A stretch of DNA of 64,000 bases from an uncultured Armatimonadia bacterium (GTDB lineage: Bacteria > Armatimonadota > Zipacnadia > CAVVLO01). The stretch covers positions 672,001-736,000 of the forward strand of contig CAVVLO010000002.1 in the NCBI GenBank assembly GCA_963749155.1. Reading direction: 5' to 3'. Below are positions 57,912-64,000 of this stretch, piece by piece. The first letter of the stretch is position 1, and each line of letters opens with the position of its first letter. The notes beneath the pieces are model-generated. The model made no database searches. It saw nothing but the letters and a program-made list of their open reading frames with translations, and was not told the origin of the DNA. The translations under genes and the position numbers were made by a program.

Positions 57912-58751
57912 ATGCGACTCGGAGCACCCGTATTCGAGCCTTTTACTAATCCCGAAGAATGGCTGGCCGTTCACAAGAAGGCCGGTTATGGCGCAGCTTA
58001 TTGCCCGGTAGGAGGCGACGCCGATGCCCAACTCATCGCTGATTACGCCGCAGCCTCGGTCGAAGGCAATCTCATAATCGCCGAAGTCGGCGCGTGGAGC
58101 AACCCGCTTTCACCTGACTCTGAGACCGCCAAAGCCGCTCGCGACCACTGCAAGCGCCAACTCGAGCTGGCAGAGGCCATCGGCGCCCGTTGCTGCGTGA
58201 ATATCGCTGGTTCTCGCGGCGCCAAATGGGATGGGCCATCTGCCCTCGATTATGAGGAAGAGACCTTCCATATGATTGTCCGGTCAGTGCAGGACATCAT
58301 CGACAGTGTCGGCCCCGCGCGCGCTTTCTACACGCTGGAGACAATGCCCTGGATGGCCCCTGACAGCACAGAGTGCTATTTCGACCTGATAAAAGCCATC
58401 GACCGGGAGCAGTTCGCAGTCCATTTCGATGCGGTAAATCTCGTCTCAAGTCCGCATATCTACTACCATAATGACGAACTGATCAGCGAGTTCGTCCGGC
58501 GCCTCGGGCCGGCCATCCGCAGTTGCCACCTGAAGGACATAATCCTTACGGGAGAGCTAACTGTCGTGCTGCGCGAGATAGCGCCAGGCAAAGGCGAACT
58601 GGACTACAAGACCTTGCTGACCATGCTTTCCGAGTTGGAGCCTGACACTCCTCTTATGGTAGAGCATCTCCAGACCGCCGAAGAATACGCCGAAGCCATC
58701 ACCTTCATCCGCGCGAAAGCCGATTCACTCGGGCTTGAGTTCCTCAGCTAA
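57912..58751 (+). CDS. Sugar phosphate isomerase/epimerase (AP-endonuclease-2 barrel)
   Basis: LETMPW, HFDAVN, CHLKD, PGKGELDY, MVEHL. Confidence 0.88.
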   Translation: MRLGAPVFEPFTNPEEWLAVHKKAGYGAAYCPVGGDADAQLIADYAAASVEGNLIIAEVGAWSNPLSPDSETAKAARDHCKRQLELAEAIGARCCVNIAGSRGAKWDGPSALDYEEETFHMIVRSVQDIIDSVGPARAFYTLETMPWMAPDSTECYFDLIKAIDREQFAVHFDAVNLVSSPHIYYHNDELISEFVRRLGPAIRSCHLKDIILTGELTVVLREIAPGKGELDYKTLLTMLSELEPDTPLMVEHLQTAEEYAEAITFIRAKADSLGLEFLS

Positions 58752-58761
58752 CCCAAAACGC

Positions 58762-58796
58762 AACCGGGGAGCCTCTGAAGGCTCCCCGGTTTTTTT
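58762..58796. terminator. Intrinsic terminator between convergent genes
   Basis: AACCGGGGAGCCT / AGGCTCCCCGGTT stem followed by a T run. Confidence 0.88.
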
Positions 58797-58814
58797 CCAG
58801 ATTTTTGTGGTTGC

Positions 58815-60074
58815 TTACTGGGCGCTGTTCAGGCCCACCTGTAAATCGCCAGTTGAAAGGTTTTCGAGCTGTAATCCGCCCGCGCACTGGTTCATCCCGA
58901 TGATCGCCGCCTGCATCCCTTCTCCCAGCCTGATATGCGGTTTGTTCTGCGCGAAGTAGCAACCTGTCACGGTCAGGCGCGCGTTGGAAGCGTCTACGCA
59001 AGGCGCATCTCCCCAGGCAGCGAAATGGCAGCCGTTGAGGATAACCGCGCTAGGGCCTGCGGCCGTGACCTGGCTGCCTGTGGCTGCAACGGGCCAGAAG
59101 CCGCAATTGGTAAACTTGATTGGCCCAGTGTTGGTATCGGTCACTTCAACCAGTCCCATTACCTGGCAGTTGACAAACTGATGGCCCGAATGGGGCTGGC
59201 TTGCTTCGATCCGGAAAGCGCAGGGGCTGATGTCGCCGCCTGATTGGGTCACCACAACGTTGCCCCCGCCATTGCCCAGGTCGGCAAACCGGAAACAGTA
59301 TTTGTTGAAGATAGTGAAGCAATTGGTCACGAACTCCCAGTCGGTGCGCCCGAAGACGAACCCCTCGGAGTTCTGTCCCACATAATCTGCCAGCAAGCCC
59401 CAGTTGTTTGCAGTTGCGTTGAAAACCGGATCTCCAGCGCGCGCCCAATAATGGGGATTGAAGTGGACATTGCTGATGCGGCCGATATCGGTGCACTGGT
59501 CAACCATAACACCCATCCGCAAGATGCAGCCATAAACGTGGTTGATAACATGCAACTCGCCGTGGTGGGTGCCGAAGTCAATGCCCCGGTAGCTGTTGAC
59601 CAGTGTGCAGTTCTCCACTGTGCCATGCATCGCGCGCCCCTGGACAGTCCAGGGATAGGGGACGATGGCGTCAACTTTCTGTTCGGGATACCAGAAGGTT
59701 AATCCGCGGACCGCGCTGCTCTCGGAAAGGTTGATGAAGGGAGTGGCGGTCTCATCGCCGCGCCCACCATAGGCCATAAGTACGGTGCCCTTGGGCAGCG
59801 CGCCATGATGGGGCATCTCCCAGACGCCCTCAAGCGCAACACCCGTCGGGAGGGTCAGACTGCCATCACACCGGTAATGGCCGTTTTCCAGCAACACAAC
59901 GCCGCCGCCAGCCTCCGCGCAGGCATCTAATGCCGTCTGGATTGCCATCGTGGCGTCGCTGCGTCCCGAGTTGTCAGCCGCGAAATCTGCAGCCAGGAAT
60001 CTCCCTGCCGCACCAGCAGAGGTTGCTCCCACCGAGATCACCACCAAAATTATGAGGATTGCCAACTTGCTCAT
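58815..60074 (-). CDS. Secreted right-handed beta-helix protein (Pectate_lyase_3 / GH28-related)
   Basis: Signal peptide; DFAADNSGRSDATMAIQTALD, RISNVHFNP, FVFGRTDW. Confidence 0.82.
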   Translation of the reverse strand: MSKLAILIILVVISVGATSAGAAGRFLAADFAADNSGRSDATMAIQTALDACAEAGGGVVLLENGHYRCDGSLTLPTGVALEGVWEMPHHGALPKGTVLMAYGGRGDETATPFINLSESSAVRGLTFWYPEQKVDAIVPYPWTVQGRAMHGTVENCTLVNSYRGIDFGTHHGELHVINHVYGCILRMGVMVDQCTDIGRISNVHFNPHYWARAGDPVFNATANNWGLLADYVGQNSEGFVFGRTDWEFVTNCFTIFNKYCFRFADLGNGGGNVVVTQSGGDISPCAFRIEASQPHSGHQFVNCQVMGLVEVTDTNTGPIKFTNCGFWPVAATGSQVTAAGPSAVILNGCHFAAWGDAPCVDASNARLTVTGCYFAQNKPHIRLGEGMQAAIIGMNQCAGGLQLENLSTGDLQVGLNSAQ

Positions 60075-60148
60075 ACACTCACCTGCCCACCGCCGAAGCG
60101 GAGTGGATGGGATTATGTTTCTTGAGGACGCCAGCCAGACTTGCCTGG

Positions 60149-61213
60149 TTAGCTGCTGGGTAGCTGGACGGGCTGCAGTAATGGCAGATAAAGACACTGC
60201 AATCCATTCGTGAACCAGTCAGGCACCAGTAAAGGCTGGACAGGTAGCTCCTCCAACTGGTCAGTTCGGGTGGGCAGCAGTAGCTCCTGCACAGGGGTAG
60301 TTAACTTTGCGGCAATCACGGTAAGGGAGCCAGCTTTCACCTGTTGGTGATGGATGGATTCCTGGCCCTGCAGGTTGAAGACGAACTCGACCAGGCGCAC
60401 TCCGCTGCCAATAGAGGAGAGCTCAAATTTGCACGGGGCGATGCCCTTGAGCACGGGCGCTGCGCCTGGGGCGGGCCGCACATAAACTTTGGCGCCTGTG
60501 GGCATTGTCTTCACTTCTACCCGGGTAGGTGGCTTGGGTATCGGCTGGTTACCGAGTAACTGGCTCACCGTGACAAGCTGGTAGCCTTGACTACGCAAGC
60601 CGCGCACAAGCGGACGCAAGGCGTTCACCGTGTTGGTCCGGTCGTGCATCAGCACAATGGCGCCACTGCGAGCCTTGCCCAATACATAGCTGACTATCTC
60701 GCTCGAGCTGCGGCCGGTCCAGTCGCGCGTGTCCATATTCCAGTGGATGATACGTAAACCAAGTTCTGCGCAAACACTTTGGGTAGTATCATTGAAGCTG
60801 CCATAAGGCGGCCGGAAGAGGGGCGATACTCTGCCGCCGGTGGCTTCGCGGATAATCTCTAGGCTTCTGGTCAATTGCCATTTCTGACTATTGGCATCCA
60901 GCTTGGTGAACTGGGGATGCGAGAGGGAATGAGTGCCTATTTCCATCCCAGCATCAGCCCAGGCCTTAACCTGCGCGGCATTTCGTCCAACCGCGTTGGC
61001 AAGGAAAAACCCGGTGCCTTTTACGCCTTCTTCTTTCAGAATCTGAAGCTCTTTTGCCCAGTTGGAAGGACTGGATTCCAGATCGAAGGTAAGCGCAATA
61101 GCTTTGCGGCTCGTTGGACCATTGAAAACGGCAGTAGAAGCAGCCCATGCGCTGCACACCGCCCAGAGCGCGGTAACAACGGTCAGCCAGATTGCCAGTT
61201 GGCGTGCCTTCAA
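60149..61213 (-). CDS. Polysaccharide deacetylase (CE4/NodB) with PEGA-like C-terminal domain
   Basis: IALTFD, THSLSHP, FRPPYG, DTRDW, IVLMHD; VKTMPTGAKVYV. Confidence 0.88.
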   Translation of the reverse strand: MKARQLAIWLTVVTALWAVCSAWAASTAVFNGPTSRKAIALTFDLESSPSNWAKELQILKEEGVKGTGFFLANAVGRNAAQVKAWADAGMEIGTHSLSHPQFTKLDANSQKWQLTRSLEIIREATGGRVSPLFRPPYGSFNDTTQSVCAELGLRIIHWNMDTRDWTGRSSSEIVSYVLGKARSGAIVLMHDRTNTVNALRPLVRGLRSQGYQLVTVSQLLGNQPIPKPPTRVEVKTMPTGAKVYVRPAPGAAPVLKGIAPCKFELSSIGSGVRLVEFVFNLQGQESIHHQQVKAGSLTVIAAKLTTPVQELLLPTRTDQLEELPVQPLLVPDWFTNGLQCLYLPLLQPVQLPSS

Positions 61214-61374
61214 GGCCTTCTCCTGCGCGCGAGGATTGCTCCGAGGACACAAGGGCCGGGTCCTTCAGAAAGAAGGCCCGGCCTTCTTCAAGCTACCACC
61301 GGATTGTGCCAGTGTCAAGCCGGTAATTGGCCCAGTGAAGGGAAATCTTCGCGGTTTCGCCGGCTAATAACCCG

Positions 61375-61383
61375 TGCTATAAT
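61375..61383 (+). promoter_or_regulatory. Extended -10 promoter element of eno
   Basis: TGCTATAAT. Confidence 0.6.
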
Positions 61384-61420
61384 CGCGCCTGTGAAAGGGC
61401 GTTACACTTTCCCGCGAAGG

Positions 61421-62784
<1,364 letters not shown>

Positions 62785-62848
62785 ACTACCATTAACACCC
62801 GGGGGGCGGGTCACCTTGAACCGCCCTCCCTCCAATATGGAGGCGTTT

Positions 62849-64000
62849 ATGCCACTGCAGAAGACCAAGATCCTCTGCACCCTCGGGCCAGCCAGCGAAA
62901 CCTTCGAGCAGATAGCAGCCCTGGCTAAGGCCGGTATGAGCCTGGCGAGAATCAACTTCTCCCATGGCACTTATGAGCAGCACGCTGCCAAACTGGAAGC
63001 CATCAAGAAGCTGAATGAAACCCGTCACAGTCCTATTGCTGTCATCACTGACCTTTCCGGCCCCAAGCTACGCATTGGGATGATTCCTGAAGGGCCTATT
63101 ATGCTGGAAGACGGGGCTACTCTGGTCCTTACCAAGGAACAGGTAGACGGCACGGTTGAATGCCTTTCGGTGAGTCTTCCCCAGCTTGTGGACGACCTCA
63201 AGGTCGGCGATGAGCTGCTGCTGCATGATGGGATTATCCTTCTCCAGGTAATCGCCAAACGGCCAGGAGAACTGGTCTGCCAGGTGGTCAATGGCGGGCC
63301 GCTTTCCAGTCGTCAAGGCATAAATGTCCCAAAGACGGAGCTTTCGATACCCAGCGTTACTCAGAAAGACAGGCAAGACCTGGAATTCGCCCTCAGTGCT
63401 GGGGTTGACTGGATTTCGCTGAGTTTCGTGCGCAGCGCCAGAGACATCGAGATATTGCGCTATCTGATTTCCTCAGCGGGTTATGACACCCCAATCGTCG
63501 CCAAAATCGAGAAAGCCGAAGCGGTTGAAGATATCGATGCGATAATCGAAGCGGCCGACGCGGTTATGGTGGCGCGCGGCGATTTGGGAGTCGAGATCCC
63601 CATCGAGCAAGTGCCGATGGTGCAGAAATCCATCATCCGTAAATGCGTCGAAGCTTGCAAGCCTGTAATCACGGCCACCCAGATGCTTGAGTCAATGGTC
63701 GAGAATCTAGGCCCCACCCGAGCCGAGGTCACCGATGTGGCCAATGCCATCCTCGATGGCAGCGATGCCGTAATGCTGGCCGAGGAGACCGCCGTTGGCC
63801 AGCATCCCGCACTTGCGACCTCTACGATGCGCAAACTTGCCGCGACCGCGGAAGAGAATCTGGCCTTCCTCGAGTTCTTCGAGCGGGCTTCACGCCAGCC
63901 CAATATGAATACTGCCGAAGCGGTCGCCCAGTCGGCCTGTCAACTTGCTTACGAACTGGACGCCAAAGCCATAGTGGCGCCAACCTCAAGCGGCCTGACC
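62849..64000 (+). CDS. pyk: Pyruvate kinase (3' end outside window)
   Basis: Read manually: KTKILCTLGPA, ARINFSHG, AKIEK, MVARGDLG, TATQMLESM, PTRAE. Confidence 0.95.
   Translation, partial: MPLQKTKILCTLGPASETFEQIAALAKAGMSLARINFSHGTYEQHAAKLEAIKKLNETRHSPIAVITDLSGPKLRIGMIPEGPIMLEDGATLVLTKEQVDGTVECLSVSLPQLVDDLKVGDELLLHDGIILLQVIAKRPGELVCQVVNGGPLSSRQGINVPKTELSIPSVTQKDRQDLEFALSAGVDWISLSFVRSARDIEILRYLISSAGYDTPIVAKIEKAEAVEDIDAIIEAADAVMVARGDLGVEIPIEQVPMVQKSIIRKCVEACKPVITATQMLESMVENLGPTRAEVTDVANAILDGSDAVMLAEETAVGQHPALATSTMRKLAATAEENLAFLEFFERASRQPNMNTAEAVAQSACQLAYELDAKAIVAPTSSGLT

Noticed and set aside
62799..62830. Terminator between eno and pyk
   Set aside because: A GC hairpin is present but has no U tract; more likely an intercistronic stabiliser

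Overview
High-GC bacterial chromosomal segment; the phylum cannot be fixed from sequence alone, but the gene order and content suit a glycan-degrading Terrabacteria-type organism such as Armatimonadota or Firmicutes. It holds housekeeping genes (dac, miaB-mutS-mutL-miaA-dapF-dapL, rpoZ-dnaJ-prmA, eno-pyk) and four tRNAs (Pro, Gly, Arg, His). About 25 kb encode predicted carbohydrate-active and mostly uncharacterised proteins. A 15-gene bacterial microcompartment (BMC) operon lies at 22588-34412. It has a class II aldolase, acylating aldehyde dehydrogenase, PduL and acetate kinase core. It adds a YcjR-like epimerase, two Gfo/Idh/MocA oxidoreductases, a PduS/PduT/flavoprotein module and an ASRT-domain protein, and has no alcohol dehydrogenase. 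Two non-coding patterns stand out. First, four accessory inserts are each bracketed by an imperfect direct duplication (29-362 bp) of a neighbouring gene end, with no integrase or transposase in the window. Second, an RGG(A/T)-N17-G(A/T)A SigH-like promoter motif recurs upstream of the BMC operon and about ten other genes, often in divergent pairs. Many genes, including essential-type ones, carry single frameshifts that are most likely assembly indel errors.
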